Shown here in pieces: positions 1-12,633 of a stretch of 64,000 bases of DNA. How positions within the stretch are numbered: position 1 is the stretch's first letter; each line of letters opens with the position of its first letter. Below the pieces are notes generated by a model. The model was not told where the DNA came from. It searched no databases and saw only the letters and a list, made by a program, of their open reading frames with translations. Made by a program: the position numbers and the translations under genes. Source of the stretch: Hamiltosporidium tvaerminnensis FI-OER-3-3 (taxonomy: Eukaryota > Fungi > Microsporidia); the NCBI GenBank assembly GCA_022605425.2, contig JAKIMF020000004.1:1302001-1366000 (forward strand). Reading direction: 5' to 3'.

Positions 1-355
1 ATAAAGGTGTTTATATCTCTAAACAAAATAAAGATGGTGATACTGAGAATAAAGGTAATAAAAATGTAAGTAATAACACCATAATAATAAAGAAGAGTCT
101 GTTAATAACAAAGATGGGGAGAAAGGTGCTAATAACAATGATAGTAAAGAAGAGGGTGTTAATAATAAGAATAATAATAAAAAGGCTGGTAATACCAGTA
201 CTAGTGAGGAAACTGTTAATAGCAGTACTAGTACGGAAAGTGTTAATACCGGTAAAGATGGAAATAACAAGCCATTATGTGTTATACCCGAGATTCCTAG
301 TAATAACAATAAAGAAAATAAAAATGGAAATGATAAGACTAATAATGAAGATGTT

Positions 356-1900
356 ATGGAGTGTAGCGTGAACAAAAGTACGATTGAAGGAGTAAGTGAG
401 GATATTAAAGAGTGTATCAGAACGAAAGGTGCTGGTAATAGTCAAAATAATAACAATGAAGAAAACAAAGAGAATAAAAGTGTGAAAGGATCTGAAGGTA
501 CGAATGATACGATAGAAAAAAGTAGTATTAGAAGTGGTAGTATCGTAAGTAGTAGTAGCAGCATTAGTCCTAATATAAGTACGAGGATAGGTACCGGCCC
601 AACTTTAGACTCAAGTAAAAGTTCCAACACAACTCTAATCTCAATTACAAGTACTAATCTAACTCTAACACCAAATACAAGCATAAATACCAACGTATCA
701 AGTATTAACAGTAGTCCTTTAATCGATACAGATTCTAGTGACTCGGATATTGAAATTTATACCTCTTGTACTACAATATATGAATCTACTTTTCCAAATG
801 ACAGATCTTCAAGAAATACAACAAATATAAATAGTATATCACCTGTAATTACCATTAATAGTATTACTTCTAGTTCAAAAGCTGTCAATACTCTTTCTAG
901 TAACACTTCACCATCTATTACAATTACTGGCGCCTTACAATCTGCTTCAATTAGTAAGACATCTTCATCTACTCCCATTACTGTAACACCTTCATCTTCT
1001 ACTATTAATAAGGCATCTTCCTCGAGTCTAATTGCTAAAACTTTACAGTTTGGTTCTATTAGTAAGTCCCTTTTATCGACACCTGACAACAAGACACCTT
1101 TAACAACATCAAAAACAAACAGCTCACAATCCACACATGTTAAAACAACATCTTTACCTTCGCAAATCAAATCTCTTGGGAAAATTCTGAGTACCCATAG
1201 TATTAATACTTTGCCTGGCAGCCATACCTCCAAACCCATTTCATATACCCCTTCATCCACCCAGTCTTCTACAATTTCATCCACTATTGCTTCCAACAAT
1301 ACTTCGAACTCTATTAACAATAACTTACTTATTAAACACGCCAATGACTTTAAGTCACTCAAATATGGAATGGAAATTCAGTGTATTATATCACAGAACA
1401 TTACATTTCTAAAGAAAGACTACGACAGTACAATCCCAAAGATAAAAAACGTACTCATTTACAAAACAAGCGACAATAAATACAAAGATTACTGGAACAT
1501 CTTAATATTTACAAAAGGTACAGACAATATATATATAGACGAGACGAAATACTTTGAAGGTATACTTGTATCTTCATATGAAGATATACCTGTACAAGGT
1601 AAATTATCACCATTGGGACTTTTTCAATCTAAAATGCCTATTTTAGATTATATTAGAGATATTCAAAGTATAAAATTACTTATTTTACAAATAGCAAATA
1701 CTAAAGGTGTAAGTGCTACTGATATTGTTAATACTAAATGTAATTTGAGTTTGATCGATAAGATTGTCTTTAAACATATGTATAAGGAAATGGATGGTGT
1801 TAAAGAAGATAAATGTGTATTTGTATGTGTGTGTGGAGACTCTTTTTGTAAAGCCCCATGTGTAGAAGTTAAATGCGTTGATAGGAATAATATTAAGTAG
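356..1900 (+). CDS. Ser/Thr/Asn-rich low-complexity protein with a globular, Cys-rich C-terminus (probable surface/spore-wall-type protein); probably 5'-extended beyond this ATG
   Basis: 514-aa ORF with a long S/T-rich tract and a C-terminal CVFVCVCGDSFCKAPC cluster. The same frame is open back to position 77 and an adjacent frame is open from 3 (see findings). Confidence 0.7.
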   Translation: MECSVNKSTIEGVSEDIKECIRTKGAGNSQNNNNEENKENKSVKGSEGTNDTIEKSSIRSGSIVSSSSSISPNISTRIGTGPTLDSSKSSNTTLISITSTNLTLTPNTSINTNVSSINSSPLIDTDSSDSDIEIYTSCTTIYESTFPNDRSSRNTTNINSISPVITINSITSSSKAVNTLSSNTSPSITITGALQSASISKTSSSTPITVTPSSSTINKASSSSLIAKTLQFGSISKSLLSTPDNKTPLTTSKTNSSQSTHVKTTSLPSQIKSLGKILSTHSINTLPGSHTSKPISYTPSSTQSSTISSTIASNNTSNSINNNLLIKHANDFKSLKYGMEIQCIISQNITFLKKDYDSTIPKIKNVLIYKTSDNKYKDYWNILIFTKGTDNIYIDETKYFEGILVSSYEDIPVQGKLSPLGLFQSKMPILDYIRDIQSIKLLILQIANTKGVSATDIVNTKCNLSLIDKIVFKHMYKEMDGVKEDKCVFVCVCGDSFCKAPCVEVKCVDRNNIK

Positions 1901-3884
1901 GCTCCTAGTTTATGAATGGGAAGAAAAAGTATTATAAAAATTATAGTTGATTAAAACAGGTTGGTTTATTATAAAAACGTAAAAAATATTTTTACTTTTT
2001 AATTTTTAAATTCTTATTTGATAAATAAAATTGAAACCGCAAGTATGGATAATTTATCAAAGGTTTAATTCTTCTAACCACAATAAGCTTTGACTAATAT
2101 ATATTATTTTTAAAACGTTATAAATACCGGCTGACACTGACAAATGTTTTTCTAAAAAAACCGAAAGCGATTTGTTTTTGTCTGAAAACCTAGCCATTCA
2201 AAAAAATGTTTCAAACTTCTAAATATAATTGCGAAGTTCTAATTTATCTGTGAAGTGAAATTTCATCTTAATCGGAAGAAACAGGATGTTAAAATATATA
2301 AATATATTTGATCAAATAAAAATCTACACAAATAACCGATTAGATTTTATAATAGAAACAAATTTAAATAAATTTTACATTCAAATTTGTATAAATAAAG
2401 AGAAAATAATTTTATAAAACAACAATTTTTATAAATGAGTCAAAAGGAGATATTTAAAGATATATTACAACACCATCTTCTATAATCAAGCTAAGATGCG
2501 TTAAAAAGCATCCAAAAAAAGTTATAATAAATTTACAGTAGTTTTTGAGAATTTCAACTTGTTGAAAATAGATGCAAGATAAAAATAAAATATAGTTACA
2601 TTATGATTATCAATATAGTGTCTTTTTCTTACAAACAACAATAATTATAACTCTACAAAAATAATTCGGGGTCAATGTGTCAAAGCGATTCTAAAATAGA
2701 AATAAGTACAAGGGTACAAATTACTTACTCATTGGCATTAAAAAAACATACAGTGCTCAAGCCTCTTTTACTATTAGCTTTCACCTTTCACGATCAGAAC
2801 CCAGGTTTTTCTTTCTTCGTCTATGTCAAGATCATACATCTATTTATTTAGATCATCTAGTTACTCAAATTTAAGTTATGAGTAAATACCCAGAATACCA
2901 AATCATGTTAAAAATACAAATCTTAGTCAAAAAATTTTGGTTTATTCAGGAATATTTTTATAAGATACGGTTTAAAGCAGAAATGACCACACAGGCTCCG
3001 CTACGAATTTACAAGCCATAACTTAAAGAAATATATCTTTTAGACAAACAATTTGTGTTTTATTTTAAGATGTTTCATAATTATGGTAGTACCTGATTCT
3101 TGGCCAAAAAATGAGGTTTGCAACTGTATTCTATAGAAATATCATAAGATGCATACAATACTCTAAAAATCAAGGCAAAAAATTTAGTAATAATACTTAT
3201 AAAATCTTTCATCGGTGTAAAAAAATTTTAAACTTATTTCGATTCAATCTATACTCAATATAAATTTACCATAGTAATCAAATTTAATTTATAATCTTAT
3301 CGTTCTTAGACTTTTGTATGAAATGAAATTTCATTTTACTAAACAGTAAAAATAACAAATTCTTATCCATAATATGACATATAAAAATCTCTATTATAAT
3401 ATATTCAACAATTAAAAATAATTCAAGTAAATAAATTCAAAGAACACTTAATAAATATAAGAAAAAAAAACTACATAACTTGATTTAATATGTGCGTTCT
3501 AATTAATATTAAAGATTTCCATTAATAGAAATATAGTAACTAGAAACGGGAAACCATGGAAAACACAGATATATTAAAAAAAAGATTTTCTTTTATTATT
3601 GCCTTTATTTATTTATCTATAAATACATTTATTTATAAACATTAGTTTATAAATAACAGATATAAGCTTTCCTATTACAACAACCTCTAAATATTTAAAT
3701 CCAACCAACTATAAATATAATTTAATTTAATTTTGGGATATTCAGTAGTACTATTAAAAACCTAATTATTTAATCGTATCTCATACTTAAATAGCAAAAT
3801 ATTTTTTGTTTTTCAAAAACCTTTTACCCATTTTAAACATACAAAATCACTTTTTCCAATTAATAAATGCTTAAATATCTTATC

Positions 3885-4150
3885 TAGCACTATAGTACAT
3901 CTATAATATACCTATTTGCCTTAAATAATATATCTGTTAAACCATACTCTTATATATCCTATAATATATTCTATAGTACATCCTATAATACATTCTATAG
4001 TATATCTTACAGTATATCTATAATACATCTTTAATATTCTATAATATATTCTTAGTATATCTTATAATAAATTCTATAGAATATCAAATCTTATAATATA
4101 CTAATAAACACCTATTTTTATAATATACTCTTGGTATATATCATAATATA
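3885..4150. repeat. Degenerate ~13-bp minisatellite (CTATAATATATC-like) downstream of the mucin-like gene
   Basis: Recurrent ctataatata/ctatagtaca units are visible throughout the interval. Confidence 0.5.
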
Positions 4151-4151
4151 T

Positions 4152-7145
4152 CTATAATATACCTATTATGTCTTTAAATAACTTAAAATTGTTAATAATA
4201 CTATCATTATTAATCGTAAACGTATCAGTCTTAGCAGATTGATTATTTAAACTATTTTGATCACTTTTTATTTCTGAGGTAAGAACACATGTTTTTATCT
4301 CTTTTGTGAGGTTTTTATTGGTAGAATGACTCTTAAATAGTATTATTGGTGTCATACTACTAATATCTGTGTCGCTTCTTATTTTTTCTAAATCTATGAG
4401 TTGTGTAAAAAGACCTTTTAATTCTTCTATCATTATTGTCTTGTTATTGTCTGTTACTAACGGTAACGTAAATGTAAAAGGTGTTATTGTACTAGTAGTA
4501 GTGGTATAAGAACTATCAGGTGTTAAATTATTAGTGGTAATAGGTGTGGGAGTACTAGAAGTGAGGGGGGTTAGAACACTAGAGGGATCTCTTGATTTAT
4601 GAGGTGTTAGTATACTAGAAGAATCACCCGATTTTAGAGGTGTTAGTATACTAGAAGATACCCCTATACTAAGAGGTTTTAATTTACTACAAGAATCCAC
4701 TAATTTAAGAGGTGTTAATTTACCAGAAGATATATCTATACTAAGGGTTGTTGATTTACTAGAAGATACACCTATACTAAGAGGTTTTAATTTACTAGAA
4801 GATACACCTATACTAAGAGGTGTTATTTCACTTTCAGTATCATAAGAAGTAGTTTCCTTATAAATATCATATTCTATTGTAGTTGTAGTATAATAAGTAA
4901 CAAGAGTAGTAATAGTATTCTTATTTCTAGCCTTATTATTTATATCTGGTTTGGTTATTGTGGTAGGAATAAGATTATTTTTAATATCTGTTATTGTAAC
5001 AGTAGAAGGAATTATATTATTAACGGTTTGTTTAATGGTATTAGTTACTGTAGTGTAAAGGGTGTTAGTGACAGTGAGTGGTTTAATAGCTGTTACTGTT
5101 TTATAAAGGGTGTTATTTACAGTCTCTTTGACTCTATTAGTTACAGTAGTATAAAGGGTGTTATTTACAGTCTCTTTCACTCTATCGGTTACAGTAGTAT
5201 AAAGGGTGTTATTTACGATCTGTTTCTTTGTATCAATTAAGGTGTTATTTATAGTTACTGTTGAATAAAGGGTGTTGTTTACAGTCTCTTTTTTTGTATC
5301 AGTAACGGTGTAATAAAGGGTGTTGTTTATGGTCTCTTTTTTTGTATCAGTAACAGTCGTATAAAGGGTGTTATTTAGGGTCTCCTTCATTGTATTAGTA
5401 ACAGTGTTATTTATAGTAACCGTAGTATAAAGGGTATTGTTTATTGTCTCTGATTTAACATCGGTTATAGTGTTATTTATAGTAGCAGTGGTATAAAGGG
5501 TGTTATCTACGGTCTCTGATATTATAACTGTTGTGGTGTTATCAAAGGGGGTATAATGTGCTTTATTGCTAGTTTCTGGCTCCATATCCTTACTTGTACT
5601 ATAAACGGTGTTATTGCTAGTTTCTGTCTCTATATCGTTACTAGTATTATAAAGGGTTTTATCCACAGTAGGTGTACTACAAAGGGTGTTAAATACGGTA
5701 CTCTTACTACCTACCCTTTTCTTCTTTAAACTGCTTATATTCCCTTTATTATCTCTTAGTACGTAAATAGTCTTATAAGGTGTTGTAGTAAAACACATGG
5801 TAGTTGTTATATAAGAGGTTTTGGGATATTCAGTAATCTCTAAGGTCTTATTCCTATGACCTTTCATTTTCCTACGAGCTAATGGGGTGTTATTTCTATG
5901 TCCTTTCTTTTTCCATTTAACTAAAGGGGTCTTATTACCATGTATAGTATTAACACCCTTGTTTTTCTCAGTAATATAAGAGGTGTTGGGATACTCGGTA
6001 ATATATGTGTATTTAAAGGGTGTTATTGTCGTAACATATGAATAACGCGAGTAACTTATACTTTTATAAGAATTAAGAGGGGTGTTTATACTATACTCGT
6101 TTAAATAAAGGGTGCTATCACATAACGTACCGTTATTACATACTGTACTAGTATTAGGGGCGTTAATACCATACTTGTTAAGATAAGAGGTGCTATCACA
6201 TAATGTACCATTATTACATACAGTACTATTAACACCTCTGTTACCCACAATCTCACTAGTAACACTCTTATATTTAATACTATCACTAAAAATATTATAA
6301 GTACCTTCATTAGATATTTTGCACCTTATATTATCAGTATCATATATCTCAAAAATCTTTATTTTAATTTTTTCTATACTGTCGTTTAGAACTGTTATCT
6401 TATTCTCACTACTCTGTTGGTACCCATTAAGCCACGATAACAATCTACATATTTCTTCTATATTTGTAGAATACGGTATTTTACTTATCGTTACTAATGA
6501 AGTTTGAGTACTATTTGCATTATTTATGGTATTGTTGGTGGTATTTGTACTTTTAGTACTATCTATATTATTTATACTATCGTTAATTTTTGTGCTTTTT
6601 TTTGTGTCTTCTATTTTATTGTTGTAGATTCGTATTATATTTCTATTTTTAGATGTGTTGTTATCAAGAGTAGAAGTATTGTTGTTGGTTGTTGCGTTTC
6701 TATCGCTTGACGGGGTGTTATTACTGCTATTACTAGGTATTATGGTAATACCTCTTAGATTCCTATTGTTTATAGGGGTGTTATTATTGGTATTACTAGG
6801 TACTATGGTAACACCCCTTACATTTCGATTATTTATAGGGGTGTTATTACTACTTACATTACTATAACTAACACCTCTTATATTTCTGTTATTTATAGGG
6901 GTGTTATTATTATAAGTAATACCTGTGTTAGTTTGGGGCTTTAAAATAGATATACTAGGTGTTCTATAATACCCATTATATACAGGAATGGCTATATTAG
7001 GTGGTTTACCTTTTGTATAAACATTAGGATTGTACAAATATCTACCACCATACATATTGCATATATTATAACACTCAGGTATATAAATATTACAATCGCA
7101 GTGTTGTGCCATAGTAGAAGTCAGAAAAAGCAGGAGTATGGGCAT
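4152..7145 (-). CDS. Secreted mucin-like Thr/Asn-rich repeat protein (candidate spore-wall/adhesion glycoprotein)
   Basis: The ORF track gives 4152-7187. The second Met (7145) begins the signal-peptide-like MPILLLFLTSTMA, followed by a CxC..C..C cluster. Internal repeats include NNTPINNRN, STVCNNGTLCDST x2, about 10 x ETVNNTLYTTVT and PLSIGVSSSK. N-x-T sequons are numerous. Confidence 0.8.
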   Translation of the reverse strand: MPILLLFLTSTMAQHCDCNIYIPECYNICNMYGGRYLYNPNVYTKGKPPNIAIPVYNGYYRTPSISILKPQTNTGITYNNNTPINNRNIRGVSYSNVSSNNTPINNRNVRGVTIVPSNTNNNTPINNRNLRGITIIPSNSSNNTPSSDRNATTNNNTSTLDNNTSKNRNIIRIYNNKIEDTKKSTKINDSINNIDSTKSTNTTNNTINNANSTQTSLVTISKIPYSTNIEEICRLLSWLNGYQQSSENKITVLNDSIEKIKIKIFEIYDTDNIRCKISNEGTYNIFSDSIKYKSVTSEIVGNRGVNSTVCNNGTLCDSTSYLNKYGINAPNTSTVCNNGTLCDSTLYLNEYSINTPLNSYKSISYSRYSYVTTITPFKYTYITEYPNTSYITEKNKGVNTIHGNKTPLVKWKKKGHRNNTPLARRKMKGHRNKTLEITEYPKTSYITTTMCFTTTPYKTIYVLRDNKGNISSLKKKRVGSKSTVFNTLCSTPTVDKTLYNTSNDIETETSNNTVYSTSKDMEPETSNKAHYTPFDNTTTVIISETVDNTLYTTATINNTITDVKSETINNTLYTTVTINNTVTNTMKETLNNTLYTTVTDTKKETINNTLYYTVTDTKKETVNNTLYSTVTINNTLIDTKKQIVNNTLYTTVTDRVKETVNNTLYTTVTNRVKETVNNTLYKTVTAIKPLTVTNTLYTTVTNTIKQTVNNIIPSTVTITDIKNNLIPTTITKPDINNKARNKNTITTLVTYYTTTTIEYDIYKETTSYDTESEITPLSIGVSSSKLKPLSIGVSSSKSTTLSIDISSGKLTPLKLVDSCSKLKPLSIGVSSSILTPLKSGDSSSILTPHKSRDPSSVLTPLTSSTPTPITTNNLTPDSSYTTTTSTITPFTFTLPLVTDNNKTIMIEELKGLFTQLIDLEKIRSDTDISSMTPIILFKSHSTNKNLTKEIKTCVLTSEIKSDQNSLNNQSAKTDTFTINNDSIINNFKLFKDIIGIL

Positions 7146-8447
7146 CTCTTTGATGTTTTCTTGTTTTTGGTGAGATATTTGTTTCATGGTTGTGTTTTAT
7201 ATTCAATACATTGTTTTACGTTTATTAAATCAAATATATTTTAAATATACTTTTATTCCTTTTTTGGGTTGGATGTGTTTGTTTATCGTTTATTTTAATA
7301 TTTGGTTTTTAATTCGGGTTTTTATTTTAAATATTTATTTCTCGTTTAATTTATCTATTTATTTAAGAAATAAGAACTTTGTATTGATTTTTTACGGATA
7401 TTTTCTAATTATTTGTTTATTTTACTGATGTTTTTATAACCAATGGAATGTTATGATGAAAATTTTAAATACTTTTATACATCGTATTAGAAAAAGGTTT
7501 ATTCTTTAACTCTTTATATTCATCAAAATGAAAAATCAAAATTTCTATTGTAAGAATTTTTAAAAGTTTTTTTATCTTTTTTATATTCAAAATATCTGGT
7601 GTATACAACAACTCAATACTTTTCAAGTTGTTTTTTTATTATCAAAACACAAATAAAAACAATCTCTAATATTTATTAGAATTATTTAGTCTAAAATATA
7701 TATAATCCTTTATTAAATTTTTTTTATTCTAATACTTTGAATTAAACTTCTATTTTTAGAAATATTATATATTATAGAAATATATTATATTATAGAAAAA
7801 TAACGATTTTATATAAAAACACATTTGGTTGTATTTATGTTAAAATATAAAAATATTAATATTTGAATTTAGATTATATGATAGACAACCTCTTATTAAT
7901 TCATCTACGATCCAATTGATTCTTTACACTTCATTTATTGAAATTTTAAATAGAGAAATGAAAGTATTTGAAAATAAATAGATTTATAGGAAAAAAAACT
8001 TCGGTTTGAACATCTGAAAAACACATATTATATCACCTATCTTATCTTATATAATGAAAAGATATTAAATAGGAAAATCATCTTATATAAAATGAGATTA
8101 CTGTAATTATTTATAATAAGAAGTAAATCTATGATATAAATATATTGTATCTTCACTTGTATATCATCTTAATTAAATATTCTCATTTAAAATTAAATTA
8201 TGTCCTTAATATAAAAACTATAGGAAGCTTTTTTGTGAAATACAAAGAATATTCGATTTTTTTTACATTCAATGGGCAAAAACATAATAAATAATGTTTT
8301 TTCAATCTCAAATTATAAATTAAATATAGAGTATATCTTTTATTGTGTAAGGCATCTTATACTCCTACATTTTGGTTCCCGTTTTGTAGTCAGTAAAATT
8401 AAATAATATTATAAATTAGTTGTCGATTTAGTACCTAAATTTAGATC

Positions 8448-9167
8448 TTTATTGAAAAATATCACATCTTTTAAAACAGGGGCAAGTGTTATATTTGTTT
8501 TCATGACATTAACGCTGTTATAGGTTTAACATAAATAACTACCCCCAAACACACCGTCTATACCTCATGAGATACCTATTTAACAAAGCGTTTTATTTAC
8601 CAGGTGTGTAGAACTTATTTAATAGGCGAGACAGTTACTCGAAGTTCGTTAATGTCTGTTGCATGGAGTGTGAAATCGAAGGCCGAAGCCCCCCTTGGGC
8701 TCCCCTAAGATTTTGCAGCACTCTCACATACCTTACACTTTTTGAACGCGATAAACTTCTAGCTAGAATATATTTCAGAGACTTACATGGGGTCGCAACC
8801 AGACCGTGTAATGTTATACCAACTAAATATAGCCTCATTTTTTTTTCCCGGCTTTGAATAGTTTTATTTTTTATATTTCCCGGGCACTAAGTCTTCTAAT
8901 CTGAGTGAGCAAGGCTAAGTTTCCATGATTTTATATGGCAATTACTTACATGTTGAGCTGCGATTTGCAATCTAGTTACGTAAAAAACTACCAATAGATT
9001 TGTAAAAAGAGTTTATCCATTTCGTAGACTTCTTCATACAATCCGCAATGTAACGACGAAAAATTTAGTTTGGATTTCTTTGCACTAAATTTTCAAAAAA
9101 TTATTTTCACACCAATTTCACATACCGTTTGTCAGCAAATAGTCCTTTATTTAGTAATCTTTACCCC
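8448..9167 (-). mobile_element. ~700-nt structured non-coding retroposon, copy A (diverged)
   Basis: The reverse complement aligns end to end with 12634-13346 and 35424-36162, and ends GATGTGATATTTTTCAATAAA. Confidence 0.85.
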
Positions 9168-9802
9168 GAAATTGCTCTCTAGTATAAATTATATATAATT
9201 ATAAATTTAATTAAATTGAAATCTTAGATTCTACCAGTATAAATAAAGTTCAATATATTGTGCGATTAGCTGTAAATAAAATCTAATATTGAATTTAATT
9301 GTGTAACGAATATAAAGTATAAAAAGATTGTAAATTTGATTAATAAACAATTAAATTAATATTTAGTTCTAAATTTAAACGAATCTAAATTATATTCTTT
9401 AATCTGTATTTGAATTACATTTTATTTAATCAAAATCTGAGTTAACAAATTTCATCCCTTTCAAATAATTTATTATATCATTTTAACTACTTCATTGTCT
9501 TCCTTCAAACCCGACTCTTCATTAATGTATTAGAATTATAAAATATTGTTAAATTATATATAATTTAGATTCAAAACATATATTTTATAGAGGTACAATA
9601 TATGTTATAAAATAAAGCTTAAAATAGTTAATTATTAAATTATGAATAATTATGATTTAAAACCTATATTTTGCAGCCTTATATAATAAAGGTTCTATAA
9701 TAAGGCTTAAAATAGTAAATTGTTTACTTTCAATTTGTTTCAAATAAATGAAACTGTTTCATATTTTTCTATAAAAATAAAAAAACACAACAAACAAAAA
9801 CA

Positions 9803-11008
9803 ATGAATTTTCTTTTTTACTTCGCGATTGTTCTTTCGTCGATTACAGAAAAAAAAGCAGAAAAGGTGAAATATGAAGGTATTTCTGACAAAAAGTATGC
9901 AGAGATTAAAGGTGGAATAATACACAATACAGGTATTCTATTAAGAGCAAGTGCAGATAAAGGTGGCTCCGTTCACTTTAATGAGAGAAATGAATATGAT
10001 GAATGGTCTTTTGAAGTGCATTTTAAAGATATGGATCTTTCATTTCCAAGCAATGGTGGATTGTATGTCTGGTACACTGATGATTCTGTTGAAGAGGGTA
10101 ATTTTAATGGTGGAAGCGGCAAATTTGTAGGACTTATGGCTGGTATCGAGTTTCTTGGTAAATCAGTCGATTTGGTTCTTGGTCACAACAAAGGTGACGA
10201 AGATTTTAGTGAAGTGGAAGATTTTGTGATTTTAAGAGATTCTCCGAATCCAGAAAGATTTAGAAATGTAAAAGAATTGAGTCTTAAAGTAATTTCAACC
10301 AAGAAAAATTTTAAGATTGAAATATACGATCTTAGTAATAACAGTAAAAAGATAATTTACGATAATCTTAGATTTACCGAAACAAGTAGTTTAGGAGAAA
10401 GAGGAAGGAACAAGTATTTTACAATTACTACTAGATATGATAAAGTACCTATGGAAAAGGGATTTGAGATAATAAGTGCAGTTCTTTATAATAGAGCGGA
10501 GGCTGATGATTATGATCCATTTCAAACAAAAGCAGAGGTGCCAAGTGATGAACCACGAATGCCCGATAGTATTTACCATCCAAATAAAGAAATAAAGTTT
10601 TTAATTGCTAACTTGGAACACCACATGAAATACATAAAAATGGTGATGGGTAATCCGACAGGTAATACCTTGATGCAATTTGGATTAGAAAACAAGAAAG
10701 AAATCAGCGGTCAAAATGTTAAACTGGAACAAATGTATTCTTCACTTAAAGATATAAAAAATAGTTTGGAGAGAAATAGTGTCGCTTCAATTAACAGCAA
10801 AATCAATGATATTGATTATCGGCTATCAACTTTACATAAAGAATTTGCTGATTTCAGATATTTTTTGAAGAGATTTGAAAAGAAACATGGAAGAAGATCA
10901 AATGTCATGAGTATATGTGTTGTAGGGGTTATGTGTGCTGGAATAGTACTTGTTATTATCAAAGAAATTCTACGAAGAAAAACTGTCAATGAAAAGTATT
11001 CAGAATAA
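9803..11008 (+). CDS. L-type lectin-like type I membrane cargo receptor (Emp46/Emp47, ERGIC-53/VIP36 family)
   Basis: Signal peptide, then a beta-rich domain with WSFEVHF..GGLYVWYT..G.F.G....F.GL, a coiled-coil stalk, a C-terminal TM helix (SICVVGVMCAGIVLVII) and a short basic tail. Confidence 0.75.
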   Translation: MNFLFYFAIVLSSITEKKAEKVKYEGISDKKYAEIKGGIIHNTGILLRASADKGGSVHFNERNEYDEWSFEVHFKDMDLSFPSNGGLYVWYTDDSVEEGNFNGGSGKFVGLMAGIEFLGKSVDLVLGHNKGDEDFSEVEDFVILRDSPNPERFRNVKELSLKVISTKKNFKIEIYDLSNNSKKIIYDNLRFTETSSLGERGRNKYFTITTRYDKVPMEKGFEIISAVLYNRAEADDYDPFQTKAEVPSDEPRMPDSIYHPNKEIKFLIANLEHHMKYIKMVMGNPTGNTLMQFGLENKKEISGQNVKLEQMYSSLKDIKNSLERNSVASINSKINDIDYRLSTLHKEFADFRYFLKRFEKKHGRRSNVMSICVVGVMCAGIVLVIIKEILRRKTVNEKYSE

Positions 11009-11394
11009 AACAATTGAATAATATGAGGTAATAGTGGTAGAAGAAGATTAGGAATAAAAGTCTTAGTAAAATTTTGTTTACAATTTTATTTTTTTAAAAA
11101 AATTAACACTTAAAATATAAATATATGTATATATTAAATTCCCATATAAATTATCCTTTTGATTTATTTAATTATTAATTAGAAATATTTAATTTTGAGA
11201 TTTGGAATATTTCATTGAAAAAATATTTATCGATCTTTAAATTGGCTTATTTAGGCTTCAATAATTTTAATTTCTAAATATTTTTTTTATAAACTTTATT
11301 CAAATTATAGGGTTTTTCGATCAATATAATAATCCTTGCAATCAATATAATAATTATTTTTAAAAAATAAAAATTCATTATAAAATTAACTCCA

Positions 11395-12556
11395 ATGTCA
11401 AATTCTTTTGCAGTAAAAATACCGACGAGAACAAATATGATTTTCATGTAGGTGAAACACCAGAATGTATAGAGTGCGAAAATGACAATGTTTTGAAGTG
11501 TCTTGTAGAAACATCGGGATCAAATGATGAAAATCTCTCCATAACCACTATTCCAACTCTGAGGAAAAAAATGGTTTATATTAATGATCGGGAACGCATA
11601 ATTGAAAAAACATTAGAAGGCTATTCTATATCCGCAATGGCCTCGATGTATCGAATAAATTACCAGACGGTTAATAGTATCGTTAGACGATATCTAAAAA
11701 CCGGCTTGGTATTTGTCGAGAAAAGAGGTGGTGATAGGCGCTCAAAGTTATCTTTGGAAATTAAAGAGAGCTTACTAACCTATGTTGATTTAGAGTGTAC
11801 AAAAACCTTGTATGAGTTGGCAGAATGGGTCAAATGTACATTTAATGTTGATTTTCGACTAGTTCAATTGATCGTCACTAGGGAGTTCCATTACACTCTG
11901 AAGCGTGTAACATTAGTGCCTGAGCGTAGAAATACACTTTCGACAATTGAGCTAAGAACCAATTACGCAACTATTTTTCGTGAGTTGGAGGTTGATAACG
12001 ATGACAAAAACTTTTTCTTCTTAGATGAAGTTGGTTTGCAGTAGTAACACGCCCGGCAGAGATCGTAATATGAGGGGTGAATCTGCATACTTATCTGTAA
12101 CAGCAGCTCGAAGTAGAAATATTTCAGTAGTCGCAGCAATGAACAAATATGGTATGATATACCATAAGATTCATGAGAGAGCCGTAAAGGTGAAGATTTT
12201 AAATTATCCATTAAGGAGATTAATGAAAGTTGTCAAAGGCAAGGAATTTTGACTCCAATATTTGTAATAGACAATGCGAGAATTCATCACTATCGGGGAT
12301 TGAATGATGATGAGGAAATCGCTTCGTATCGAATAAAATATCTTCCACCTAACTCTCCATTTCTTAATCCAATTGAGACTGTATTCTCAGTCTGAAAAAA
12401 TAAAGTAATTCGAGGTGGTGCTCGTACTGAGCCTCAGTTGAGAATATTAATTTGTGAAAAGTTTAATGAGATAACGGGAGAACATTGTAGTTCTTTTGAC
12501 CATAAAATGTTAGGATATTTGCAAAAGGCTGAAGTAAGGCAAGTGATTCTTGAATA
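11395..12556 (+). pseudogene. DD34E transposase pseudogene
   Basis: HTH region followed by GGDRRSKL, FLDEVG, FVIDNARIHH and YLPPNSPFLNPIE, with 34 residues between the second D and the E. It carries several frameshifts and a TGA at the conserved W after the E. Confidence 0.9.
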
Positions 12557-12633
12557 ATAAATCTCAAGTACTATTTATAATTTTATTTTTTAAATTTTTA
12601 GTTTTTAAAAATAATTATTATATTGATTGCAAG

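Noticed and set aside
19-1362. Hydrophobic minus-strand ORFs, and similar shadows at 5028-6867, 26755-28596 and 63209-63803
   Set aside because: They are antisense shadows of low-complexity coding sequence.
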